The notes under the pieces were generated by a model, which had not been told where the DNA came from, did no database searches, and worked only from the letters and a program-made list of their open reading frames with translations. Shown piece after piece: positions 9,758 through 18,547 of a stretch of 64,000 bases of DNA. Numbering within the stretch: the stretch's first letter is position 1; each line of letters starts with the position of its first letter. A program made the translations under genes and the position numbers. Source of the stretch: Alphaproteobacteria bacterium UBA2964 (GTDB lineage: Bacteria > Pseudomonadota > Alphaproteobacteria > MPNO01 > UBA2964); assembly GCA_905182615.1 (NCBI GenBank), contig CAJJCG010000018.1, forward strand, positions 14,426 through 78,425, in the 5' to 3' direction.

Positions 9758-10117
9758 ACCTGCTACTGAGTTTTATGAGTTTTTCAAGATCCGCTTTTGG
9801 GTTGCACTTGGTTCTGTTGTCGCTGCAGTTGCTCCAGGGCTTGAGAACCCTGGTGCGGCGTTCGAAAGGCTGAGCTATTTCCCTCTCCAGGGCGCCTATC
9901 TCGGACTCGTTCTGCTTTTAATTGCGTTCGTTCTGAGACAACGACGGGGGACTGGATGGATATTTAGTTTGATCGGGGCCAGCCTTATCGGAAATTTTGT
10001 CTGGCTTTATCCGTTTTACCGACCAGGGATATTGCGCCAACGGCGGCAGAGGGTCTACGAGTCAAGCAAGTGATGCACTGGCTTGCCAGCCTACGCCTAC
10101 GCCACTAGCCTGCGCGC

Positions 10118-11410
10118 ATGCTGAGTATTGAGCAAAATCAACGCGTAACTCAAACCGCACCCCGCACCCCTGCGGGAGATTTGTTGCGTCGCTATTGGCA
10201 GCCGGCAGCACTGGTGGATGAGTTGGCTGGAGACAGGCCGGCTGTTCCGGTTGAGCTGTTTGGTGAACACTTGGTGTTGTTCCAGGGGGAACAGGGTGAA
10301 TACGGTCTGGTAGGACGGCAATGCCCGCATCGTGGCGCTGATTTAAAGTTCGGCAGGCTGGAAGACGGCGGTATCCGCTGCCCGTTTCATGGCTGGTTGT
10401 TTGACATAAAGGGTAAATGCCTTGAACAACCTGCAGAGCCAGAGAACGGCAATTTTCATACCAAGATCACTCATACTGCCTATCCATGTGTCGAGCGCAG
10501 TGGGATTATCTTTGCCTATCTGGGGGGAGGTGATCCACCGCCTCTACCCTCCTATGATTGCTTTGTAGCGCCGGAGGCGTTCACCTTCGCCTTCAAAGGC
10601 CATATCGATGCCAATTGGCTACAGGCGCTGGAAGTTGGCATCGACCCGGCGCACGCTTCATTTCTGCATCGTTTCTTTGAGGATAAAGATCCCGATGACG
10701 GCTATGGCCAACAATTCAGAGATTCCACGAAGGAAATTCCTGTTACGAAGCTTTTGCGGGAAGCAGGTCGACCGGTGATTGAGGTGGAGGAAACCGTTTT
10801 CGGGATGCGGATCAAAACGTTGCGCGATTTGGATGATTCCGGGATGCATGTGCGGGTCACAAATCTCGCTTTTCCCAACGCCATTGTGATCCCCATGAGC
10901 AACAATATGACGATTAGCCAATGGCATGTGCCGATCAATGATCGGGAATGTTACTGGTATGCGATTTTCACGGATTTTGAACACGAAGTTGATCGCCTAG
11001 CGATGCGCGAACAACGACTCGAACTTTATAGCCAGCCTGACTATAAGCCGTTGCGAAATCGTTCGAACGATTGGGGATACGATTCTGAAGAACAGCTCAC
11101 CCAGACCTATACAGGCATGGGGATGGACATAAATGTTCATGACAACTGGGCTATTGAATCACCAGGCGCGGTTTTTGATCGCAGTACTGAGCATCTCGGT
11201 ACGACAGATAAGGCAATTATCGCTTATCGAAAAATGCTGATGGCGGCGATTGATGATGTTGCTGCAGGTAAAGACGCTCCTAAATCGGATGCAGTGCTAA
11301 CGGGTCCAGTTGCCGTCGATACCATTGGCCCGGTTGAGGAATGGCAGGATTGCTGGATCGAGAATGATCATGCGCGGCGCGGTAGGTCGCCCTGGGCGAA
11401 GGAGATTTAA
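10118..11410 (+). CDS. Rieske [2Fe-2S] non-haem-iron oxygenase, alpha subunit (KshA/phthalate-family type)
   Basis: Rieske motif CPHRGADL...CPFHGW, mononuclear-iron region DPAHASFLH, N-terminal LLRRYWQP. Confidence 0.85.
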   Translation: MLSIEQNQRVTQTAPRTPAGDLLRRYWQPAALVDELAGDRPAVPVELFGEHLVLFQGEQGEYGLVGRQCPHRGADLKFGRLEDGGIRCPFHGWLFDIKGKCLEQPAEPENGNFHTKITHTAYPCVERSGIIFAYLGGGDPPPLPSYDCFVAPEAFTFAFKGHIDANWLQALEVGIDPAHASFLHRFFEDKDPDDGYGQQFRDSTKEIPVTKLLREAGRPVIEVEETVFGMRIKTLRDLDDSGMHVRVTNLAFPNAIVIPMSNNMTISQWHVPINDRECYWYAIFTDFEHEVDRLAMREQRLELYSQPDYKPLRNRSNDWGYDSEEQLTQTYTGMGMDINVHDNWAIESPGAVFDRSTEHLGTTDKAIIAYRKMLMAAIDDVAAGKDAPKSDAVLTGPVAVDTIGPVEEWQDCWIENDHARRGRSPWAKEI

Positions 11411-12870
11411 TGTCAAACGCGACGTCACATGGCAGAGGTAAGTTCGCCGAACGGTTTGGCATGCTGACGGCTGAGCGTAAACAGCAGAATGCAGAGATCA
11501 TCAAACGGGTTGAAGCTAACGGGTTGGAGGTGATCCGCCTGTCCTTTGCAGATCAGCACGGTATCTTGCGTGGCAAGACCATCATGGCCGATGATTTGTT
11601 GTCAGCGATGGCGGGTGGCGTCACCATGACAACGACGCTGCTGGCAAAGGATACGTCGCATAAGACTGTTTATCCGGTCTGGAGCGATGGTGGTGGGTTT
11701 GGTCTTGAATCCATGACCGGCGCCGGTGACTTCGTAATGTTGCCTGACCCTGCAACATTCAAAGTATTACCTTGGCTGGAAAAGACCGGCTGGTTGCTCT
11801 GCGATTTATACTTTCCTGATGGCGAGGTAGTGCCTTTTTCAACACGGGCTTTGCTGCAACGGACCGTAGATGATCTCGCCACTGAAGGGTATGGCGCCTT
11901 TGTTGGTCTGGAAGTTGAATTTCATCTATTTCATTTGCGCGATGAAGCATTGCAACCCCAAGATGCTGGGCAACCGGGGAAGCCACCTAATGTCGACCTT
12001 CTGGCGAAAGGATTTCAGTATCTGACCGAAATTCGGGCGGATCAGCATGAGCCTATTATGCAAATAATTCGCCGTGATGTGTTGGCACTTGGCCTGCCAT
12101 TGCGCTCAACCGAGGTCGAATTTGGGCCGAGCCAGGCGGAAGTAACATTTCACCCCATGGCGCCGGTTGACGCGGCCGACACGATGGTTCAGTTCCGCAA
12201 TGCTGTGAAACAGATTTGCCGCCGTCACGGTTATCACGCAACTTTCATGTGCAGGCCACATCTGGAAAATATGTTTGCCAGTGGTTGGCATCTCCATCAA
12301 TCGCTGAATGATCTTAAAACCGGTGACAACGCTTTTTTGCCTCAAGGTGAGGGCGTAATGTCAGAAACCGGCCTGAATTACATCGGCGGCATTCTTGAAC
12401 ATGCGTGCGCAGCCTCTGTTTTTACGACACCAACTTTGAATGGGTACAAGCGCTACAAGGCCTTCACGCTCGCGCCGGATCGTGTCGTTTGGTCAGTTGA
12501 TAATCGGGGCGCTATGGTTCGCGCTATTGGTGGCGCAGGCGATCCGGGCACTCGGGTCGAAAATCGTATCGGCGAGCCTGCCGCCAATCCGTATCTCTAT
12601 ATTGCGTCTCAGATAGCTTCGGGGCTGGACGGCGTTAGAAACAAGCGCGACCCCGGCTCGCCTTCGGCGATTCCCTATGAGGCGGATAAACCGGCATTGC
12701 CGGGAAGCCTGATGGAAGCGGTTACCGCTCTCCGCGACAATGCGCTGTTTCGCGAGAAGTTTGGCGACGAATTTGTCGATTATATCATCGGCATAAAGGA
12801 AGCCGAGATCGGCCGTTTCTTGTCAGAAACTAATGATTGGGAACATCGCGAATATTTCGACCTGTTTTAA
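11410..12870 (+). CDS. Glutamine synthetase-family protein (gamma-glutamyl-amine ligase-like)
   Basis: GS beta-grasp plus catalytic-domain blocks (EVEFH, EVEFGPSQAEV, NGYKRY, ENRIGEPAANPYL). Its ATG overlaps the stop of the Rieske gene (TAATG at 11408-11412). Confidence 0.85.
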   Translation: MSNATSHGRGKFAERFGMLTAERKQQNAEIIKRVEANGLEVIRLSFADQHGILRGKTIMADDLLSAMAGGVTMTTTLLAKDTSHKTVYPVWSDGGGFGLESMTGAGDFVMLPDPATFKVLPWLEKTGWLLCDLYFPDGEVVPFSTRALLQRTVDDLATEGYGAFVGLEVEFHLFHLRDEALQPQDAGQPGKPPNVDLLAKGFQYLTEIRADQHEPIMQIIRRDVLALGLPLRSTEVEFGPSQAEVTFHPMAPVDAADTMVQFRNAVKQICRRHGYHATFMCRPHLENMFASGWHLHQSLNDLKTGDNAFLPQGEGVMSETGLNYIGGILEHACAASVFTTPTLNGYKRYKAFTLAPDRVVWSVDNRGAMVRAIGGAGDPGTRVENRIGEPAANPYLYIASQIASGLDGVRNKRDPGSPSAIPYEADKPALPGSLMEAVTALRDNALFREKFGDEFVDYIIGIKEAEIGRFLSETNDWEHREYFDLF

Positions 12871-14099
12871 CGCACAAACTCTAGTGCGAAACCGTCGAGC
12901 GGCACGTTATCGCGTTGTTCCATAGCTTTGGATTTCTCCCAGGCTTCGGCTGGCGTGGTTGAGGCTTCGAGTTCTTTCAGCCGCGGAAAGACCTCTTTGG
13001 CATAGAGTTTCATCGAAGTTTCTGTTTCCTCATGGGTGACAAAACCGGCCTGGCCCATCATTAGCATATTGCCGAATCCACCGGAATATTCCCAGAAGTT
13101 CTTGATTTGCTCATAAACCTGGTCCGGCGTTCCGGCGAAAACATTGCCGCGAGCCATTTGATCATCGAGTGTTGCGGTGAGCGGGACGCCCGATCCACCG
13201 CGCGCGCCTTTCATAATCTGGGCTGCGATGTGTGGTGGATGATACCCAGGCGGGTTGGACCAATAGCCTGGTACTTTGTTGGCGGACATATACCAGAGTA
13301 ATTTTTCGGCACCCTCGCGGGCCTTTGCTTCAGTCTCACCGACAAAGACGAGACCAAGATAAGCGAGTCGGTCGAATGGCGCATGTTCGCCATGCATTTT
13401 AAGGTAGTCTTCGCGATAACCGTCGAAGATTTCACGGATGCGTGGATAGCCGGCAAGGAAGACGGCGCCGACATGTTTGTGTTGCGCTACGGGGGTGGTG
13501 CTGGAGCGGCCACCCATCGTGACCCAGACCGGTGGGGCTGGTTGCTGATAGGGGCGTGGCCAAATATTTATCTGGCGGCTTTGGAACCAACGTCCTTCAA
13601 AATTGAAGGGGCCGTCATGTGTGGTCCACGCCTTCATAATCATGTCATGGGCTTCCCACATACGTTGGCTGCCACGGTGCGCTGTGCGATTTGCCGGAGC
13701 TGCTTCATAGGGGACGCCACGTACAAAGCCGCAGTCCAGACGACCTTTGGAAATAACGTCGATCATTGCCATTTCTTCGGCAACGCGAACCGGGTTACGG
13801 CGGTTGGCGATAGGATTACCGAGAAGGAGCAAACGCGCCTTACTGGTTTCGCGCGCTAGAATAGACATCATCAGCGGAGCGGCAGGCACCATGCATGTCG
13901 CCGTTTGATGATGTTCATTATTCATGAGGTCGAGGCCATAGCTTTCGGCCATACACCACATATCAAGATACCAGTTATAGAGCTCGTGGCCGCGCTCTGG
14001 GTCGAAGTTGGAGTTTGGCAAATTGACACGAATGGATTCGTAATCATCCTGCGGCGGAAGGTCGTGATAGGCGTCCTCGGTAAACCAGTATGTTCTCAT
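12867..14099 (-). CDS. Luciferase-like (LLM class) flavin-dependent monooxygenase/oxidoreductase
   Basis: Typical long LLM protein (MRTYWFTEDAYHDLP..., GRLDCGFVRG). Its stop codon overlaps the stop of the convergent GS-like gene. Confidence 0.8.
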   Translation of the reverse strand: MRTYWFTEDAYHDLPPQDDYESIRVNLPNSNFDPERGHELYNWYLDMWCMAESYGLDLMNNEHHQTATCMVPAAPLMMSILARETSKARLLLLGNPIANRRNPVRVAEEMAMIDVISKGRLDCGFVRGVPYEAAPANRTAHRGSQRMWEAHDMIMKAWTTHDGPFNFEGRWFQSRQINIWPRPYQQPAPPVWVTMGGRSSTTPVAQHKHVGAVFLAGYPRIREIFDGYREDYLKMHGEHAPFDRLAYLGLVFVGETEAKAREGAEKLLWYMSANKVPGYWSNPPGYHPPHIAAQIMKGARGGSGVPLTATLDDQMARGNVFAGTPDQVYEQIKNFWEYSGGFGNMLMMGQAGFVTHEETETSMKLYAKEVFPRLKELEASTTPAEAWEKSKAMEQRDNVPLDGFALEFVR

Positions 14100-14111
14100 G
14101 TTCTTATTCCG

Positions 14112-14885
14112 TCAGTCTGTAAAGGCAAACACTTCGTTCACGAAGTACTCTGGCTGTTCTGCATAAGGCGAATGACCGGCTTCCGGGATCGCCACGAATT
14201 TTGCGCCTGGAATCAGAGCGGCATAGGCTTTGCCGTAATCCGTTGTCACCAGTCCGTCGCTTTCGCCCCACAGGAATAAAGTTGGTGCAGTAACGCGATG
14301 CAGGCGTTGTGGTAGTTTTGGATTATGCATGTAGGGCTCCCAAGTGTAGAGCCCCAGCGCAATTCGGTTTCCGGCAACGGCAGCTAGAGCTTCATCCGAT
14401 AATGTGCTCATGTCACGGGCATTGGCCGGGTCGTGATACATCAATTTGTTAGCCTCATCCGGTGGAATTCCGAATACGTCGACAATATCACGATCCGTCG
14501 GCCCACCAATTTTCACACCAACCGCATCGACCAGGATGACTTTTGAGAACCGCGCGCAATTAATTGATGCCAGTTCTGCGGCGAGCCAGCCACCCATGGA
14601 GATGCCCATTAACACAGCATTGTCGATATCCAAGGCATCTAATACATCCAGATAGAAATGCACGAGCTCTGGCATGCCATCGAAATGATCGGGAATTTTG
14701 GTCCCATTGAATCCTGGATGGGAAGGCGCAATAACCTCGAATTTCTCTGCCAGCTTATCGACCACAGGATGGTCAGCAATTGAGCCGCCCCCACCATGCA
14801 GTAGGAGTAGCTGTGGTCCAGTTCCTTTGCGGCTGACGGTAATCTCGCCAACGGGAAGTTTTATTGTTTCGGTTGTTGAGCCCAT
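14112..14885 (-). CDS. Alpha/beta hydrolase (meta-cleavage-product/C-C hydrolase-like)
   Basis: LLLLHGGGG oxyanion region, GISMGG nucleophile elbow, C-terminal AGHSPY His motif. 12 nt downstream of the LLM gene, so probably co-transcribed. Confidence 0.8.
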   Translation of the reverse strand: MGSTTETIKLPVGEITVSRKGTGPQLLLLHGGGGSIADHPVVDKLAEKFEVIAPSHPGFNGTKIPDHFDGMPELVHFYLDVLDALDIDNAVLMGISMGGWLAAELASINCARFSKVILVDAVGVKIGGPTDRDIVDVFGIPPDEANKLMYHDPANARDMSTLSDEALAAVAGNRIALGLYTWEPYMHNPKLPQRLHRVTAPTLFLWGESDGLVTTDYGKAYAALIPGAKFVAIPEAGHSPYAEQPEYFVNEVFAFTD

Positions 14886-15174
14886 GGCCTCCTCGTGCCT
14901 TTGCGATCAATATGCTACGCCATTTTCTATCACAATGGCGGCGTGTGTTCTAATGCTCGTGGCATTTTTTTTTGTTGTAGGAAACTTGCGGTGGAATTAG
15001 ACCCTGATCCGTTGGGTTGCTACAATTGCCCGCGGCCCCCTAAATGCTTCATGTGTCCAACAGATTTAGCAATTCCGCGTTTTAAAACATAAAGATCATG
15101 CTTGCATCAATTCTTAATTTTCGTGAAATTCTGCAGACGGTGGTCAGTCGATTACCCGGCCGCTTCCGGACCCT

Positions 15175-15705
15175 ATGGAATTCATTATTATGGATGCCTT
15201 TTTGGTCATCCTGCTGCTCTATGTATTTCTGTTTATTCGGAAAATTGTCAGATTAGTTATTAGGTTGGTGAAGCGCCCTGGCGCAGAAGAAAAAGTAGTA
15301 GAAACGCGCGTTATCAGCAGAAGGACTGCCGAGAACGCGCAATCAAAAGCGGAGGCCGCAAAGGCGCTTTTGGCGGCCTGCAGGAAATCCACGAACCCCA
15401 TTAAACTCATTGGTTGGCTGTTTGGTGGGAGGTTTGGCAAAATGGCCGGGATGTTTAAATGGTTGTTCAGGCAGCCTTTAAAACTCGTTGGCGTTTTAAG
15501 TGGCCTAATTCGGCGGAAAAAGAAAGACGCGTCCGCTGCAACGTCTGAAGCCGCACAACCAATCCAGCCCGCCCCTGCGCCAACATATGAACCAAATGCC
15601 GAACCACTACCGGCAGTGCCGCCACGTGTAACGCCGGAGGTTCCTCCGTTACCTCAGCACAGTCCAGCGGCGCCCACCAGTCCCCGAAACCCCTTACTTC
15701 GTTGA
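15175..15705 (+). CDS. Hypothetical membrane-anchored, Pro-rich protein (possibly the truncated 5' part of a decayed gene)
   Basis: N-terminal TM helix (AFLVILLLYVFLFI), basic region, Pro-rich tail. The same reading frame continues into TPR-like sequence after the TGA. Confidence 0.4.
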   Translation: MEFIIMDAFLVILLLYVFLFIRKIVRLVIRLVKRPGAEEKVVETRVISRRTAENAQSKAEAAKALLAACRKSTNPIKLIGWLFGGRFGKMAGMFKWLFRQPLKLVGVLSGLIRRKKKDASAATSEAAQPIQPAPAPTYEPNAEPLPAVPPRVTPEVPPLPQHSPAAPTSPRNPLLR

Positions 15706-16149
15706 GCAGTCGTTTGTGCCTACGCAACCCGTCGTGCCCCCGAACCTGGTCCGAGATCCTTTGAGGAGATTAGAAGATTGTTGGATGCAGATCCCGAAAA
15801 CCCTGCTCTGCAAAGGGACCTTTCGATCGCCTATGATGAAATTGGGGGTCAGCACGCTGAATAAGATAATCTGGTTGTGGCTCTTTGAATGTTTTGAGGC
15901 ATCAATGATGGTATCGGGCGTTTGGCCAAAGCCAATCCCGATACCATTGCCTACCTCAGGGATTTCTCTGTTTGTAATGAGAAAATCTCCGAAGTTCAGA
16001 ATTCCCTTGGAAATCGCCAAGCGGCGATTGCGGCTTACGAGGAAAGTCTCCCCATTGTGACGATGCTCGCAAACCGGTTCTAGGAGGAAGAGGAATATAT
16101 TTTCGATTTTAAGATCACGAAAGACCGATTGGCCGAATCAAATTTGTAG
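15706..16149 (+). pseudogene. TPR-like repeat remnant, same frame as the 15175 ORF, broken by in-frame stops
   Basis: Frame 1 reads FEEIRRLLDADPENPALQRDLSIAYDEIGGQHAE*DNLVVAL*MF*GINDGIGRLAKANPDTIAYLRDFSVCNEKISEVQNSLGNRQAAIAAYEESLPIVTMLANRF*EEEEYIF...NL*. Stops are at 15862, 15886, 15895 and 16081. The pattern resembles degenerate TPR repeats. Confidence 0.45.
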
Positions 16150-16156
16150 CCTGAAA

Positions 16157-18496
16157 TTATTGTTGTGCAGCCTGTATCGCTTTCCAGATGTTATGGGCCG
16201 AGGCAGGCATCTCGACGTCTTTAACACCCAAATCTTTGAGAGCATCGACTACGCCGTTAAGGATGCACCCTAAAGCCGGGGTCGTTCCTGCCTCACCCGC
16301 AGAGCGAATGCCGAGCGGATTCATCGGCGTCAGCACTTCGTGACATTCGGTCGTGAAGTTTGGCATATCTGCTGCCAAGGGCAGAGCGTAATCCATAAGC
16401 GTTGCTGCAAGTGGTTGCCCGGTTTCCGGATCGAAAACGAAATCCTCGAACATAGCTTCACTCGCGCCTTGGACGATGCCGCCCTGAATTTGTCCTTCAA
16501 CGATGATCGGATTGATCACCCGGCCGACGTCATCGACCGCGGTATAGCGATCCAGTGTCATTGCGCCGGTCTCCGGGTCAACTTCGACCTCACAGATGTG
16601 TGAGCCGTATGGAAATGCAGGTGTCCGCATCAAATTCTCGGCGTTCTCGGCAAGCCCGTCGGCTAAATCTGCCGGTAGATCGGGCGTGACTTTTATTCGG
16701 TCTGCGAGTTCGAACCAGTCTATCGACCGGTCGGTTCCTGAAATCGTAAAACTGCCTTCGCTGAATTCTATATCGCTATCGGCGGCTTCCATGACGTGGG
16801 CCGCGAGCCTTTTCCCTTTGTCGATAAGCTTGTCAGCTGCCATGACGATGACGGTGCCTGCCATGCGCATGGAACGTCCTGAATGCGAGCCTCCACCGAC
16901 TGACACAAAGGCCGTGTCGCCCTGCAGTAACTCGACTTTGTCGAAGGGTACACAGAGCCATTCCGAGGCGACTTGGCAAAAGCTGGTTTCGTGTCCCTGG
17001 CCACTATCCTGGGTACCGATAACAACCTCAATACGATTGTCATCGTTGAAAGAAATCTCAGTACGTTCCAGTGGTGCTCCGGACGAGCTTTCGATGTAAG
17101 AACAAATCCCAAGGCCGCGGCGCAATCCGCTGGCTTCTGATCGAATCCTGCGTTCTGCAAACCCTGTGACGTCTGATAATTCCTGCGCGCGTTCAAGACA
17201 GTGATGATACTCGCCGCTGTCATAGGTCATGCCGAGCGGGTTGGCGAAGGGCATCTCATCACTAGTGACCAAGTTTCGCCGTCTAATTTCGAATCGATCA
17301 ATCCCCATCTCTGCAGCCGCAGTGTCGACAAGCCGTTCGAGGGCGTAGATTACTTCGGGCCGACCAGCGCTTCGGTATGGGTTGGTTGGTACGGAATGGC
17401 TGAAAACGCCCCGCGCATGAACAGTGGCGCAGGGTATGGAGTAGCCGCCTGTGACTATCTCTGATCCCTTGGAAAGGGGTGTGAAAGACAATGTATAAGC
17501 GCCGATATTGGAAAGGTTGTCGGCCTTCATGGCGAGAAACTTGCCGTCTTTATCCATCGCCATTTCAAGCGAGGTTACAAGGTCGCGGCCTTGGAAGTCA
17601 GTGAGGAAACATTCTGTCCGGCTGGTGGTGTTTTTAACCGGCCTGCCAAGACGTTTGGCGGCCCACATCACCAGGGGATATTCTGGAAATAATCGATTGC
17701 GGGTCCCGAAATTGCCACCGACATCTTTCGTGACAACGCGGATTTGGTCAGGTTCGACGCCGAATATTGTGATTAATTCCTTTTGGTACCGTACTGCGCC
17801 GCCGCCGCCGGCATAAAGCGTGTATCCACCTGTCGCAGGGTCGAAGGCACCAAGACCTGCACGAGGCTCCATCGGAACACCGGTGTTTCGCGTGATGCGG
17901 AATTTCATTCGAGTAATGTGATGGGCAGCAGCGAAAGCTTTCTCGGTGCCCTCAACGTCGCCAAAGGTTGAATCGAGACAAACATTTCCCGGAATGCCAT
18001 CCCATACGCGGGGGGCGCCATCTGCTGCTGCCGCTTCGGTTGCTGTCACTGATGGCAGTGGCTCATAGTCGATTTTAACCAGCTCCGCGGCATCGGTAGC
18101 GAGTTCGGCTGTTTTGGCAACCAGCATGGCGACGGCTTCGCCCGCGAAGCGTGGTTTTTCCGGTGCCAGAGGATAGTTGATGCCGAGATAGACTTGTGAC
18201 CATTTTTCTTCATTCATGCCGAGCCCATCGCCACCTGATGGAACCGGGCTATGGGGTATGGGGGCCAGCCCATCATCGAGCCAATCCTGACCGGTTAGCA
18301 CTGTGAGGACACCGTTGATCGCGAGCGCGGCGGAGGCATCAATCGACTTTATTTTCGCGAAAGCATGCGGGGACCGCAGGAAAACAGCGTAGGCCTGATT
18401 TGTCAGGCTCGTATCATCGCTATACTCACCATTACCAGTCAGACGACGATGATCCTCCTTGCGCAGAAACGGCTTTCCGATCGCTTTTGTGTCCAT
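16157..18496 (-). CDS. Xanthine-dehydrogenase-family molybdopterin hydroxylase, large (Mo-binding) subunit, paralogue 1
   Basis: N-terminal IGKPFLRKEDHRRLTGNGEYSDD, active-site loop PYRSAGRPE, SGQGHETS, C-terminal GAGEAGTTPA. No adjacent 2Fe-2S or FAD subunit genes. Confidence 0.9.
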   Translation of the reverse strand: MDTKAIGKPFLRKEDHRRLTGNGEYSDDTSLTNQAYAVFLRSPHAFAKIKSIDASAALAINGVLTVLTGQDWLDDGLAPIPHSPVPSGGDGLGMNEEKWSQVYLGINYPLAPEKPRFAGEAVAMLVAKTAELATDAAELVKIDYEPLPSVTATEAAAADGAPRVWDGIPGNVCLDSTFGDVEGTEKAFAAAHHITRMKFRITRNTGVPMEPRAGLGAFDPATGGYTLYAGGGGAVRYQKELITIFGVEPDQIRVVTKDVGGNFGTRNRLFPEYPLVMWAAKRLGRPVKNTTSRTECFLTDFQGRDLVTSLEMAMDKDGKFLAMKADNLSNIGAYTLSFTPLSKGSEIVTGGYSIPCATVHARGVFSHSVPTNPYRSAGRPEVIYALERLVDTAAAEMGIDRFEIRRRNLVTSDEMPFANPLGMTYDSGEYHHCLERAQELSDVTGFAERRIRSEASGLRRGLGICSYIESSSGAPLERTEISFNDDNRIEVVIGTQDSGQGHETSFCQVASEWLCVPFDKVELLQGDTAFVSVGGGSHSGRSMRMAGTVIVMAADKLIDKGKRLAAHVMEAADSDIEFSEGSFTISGTDRSIDWFELADRIKVTPDLPADLADGLAENAENLMRTPAFPYGSHICEVEVDPETGAMTLDRYTAVDDVGRVINPIIVEGQIQGGIVQGASEAMFEDFVFDPETGQPLAATLMDYALPLAADMPNFTTECHEVLTPMNPLGIRSAGEAGTTPALGCILNGVVDALKDLGVKDVEMPASAHNIWKAIQAAQQ

Positions 18497-18547
18497 GATG
18501 TCCGTCTCTCCCCTTAGCGGCCTGTTATTCGACCTTGCTCAGTATAG

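Noticed and set aside
15703-16149. Considered programmed stop-codon read-through or selenocysteine recoding to explain the multiple in-frame stops in one frame.
   Set aside because: All three stop codon types (TGA, TAA, TAG) occur, some only 3 codons apart. No SECIS-like hairpin is evident after the TGAs. Pseudogene decay is the simpler explanation.
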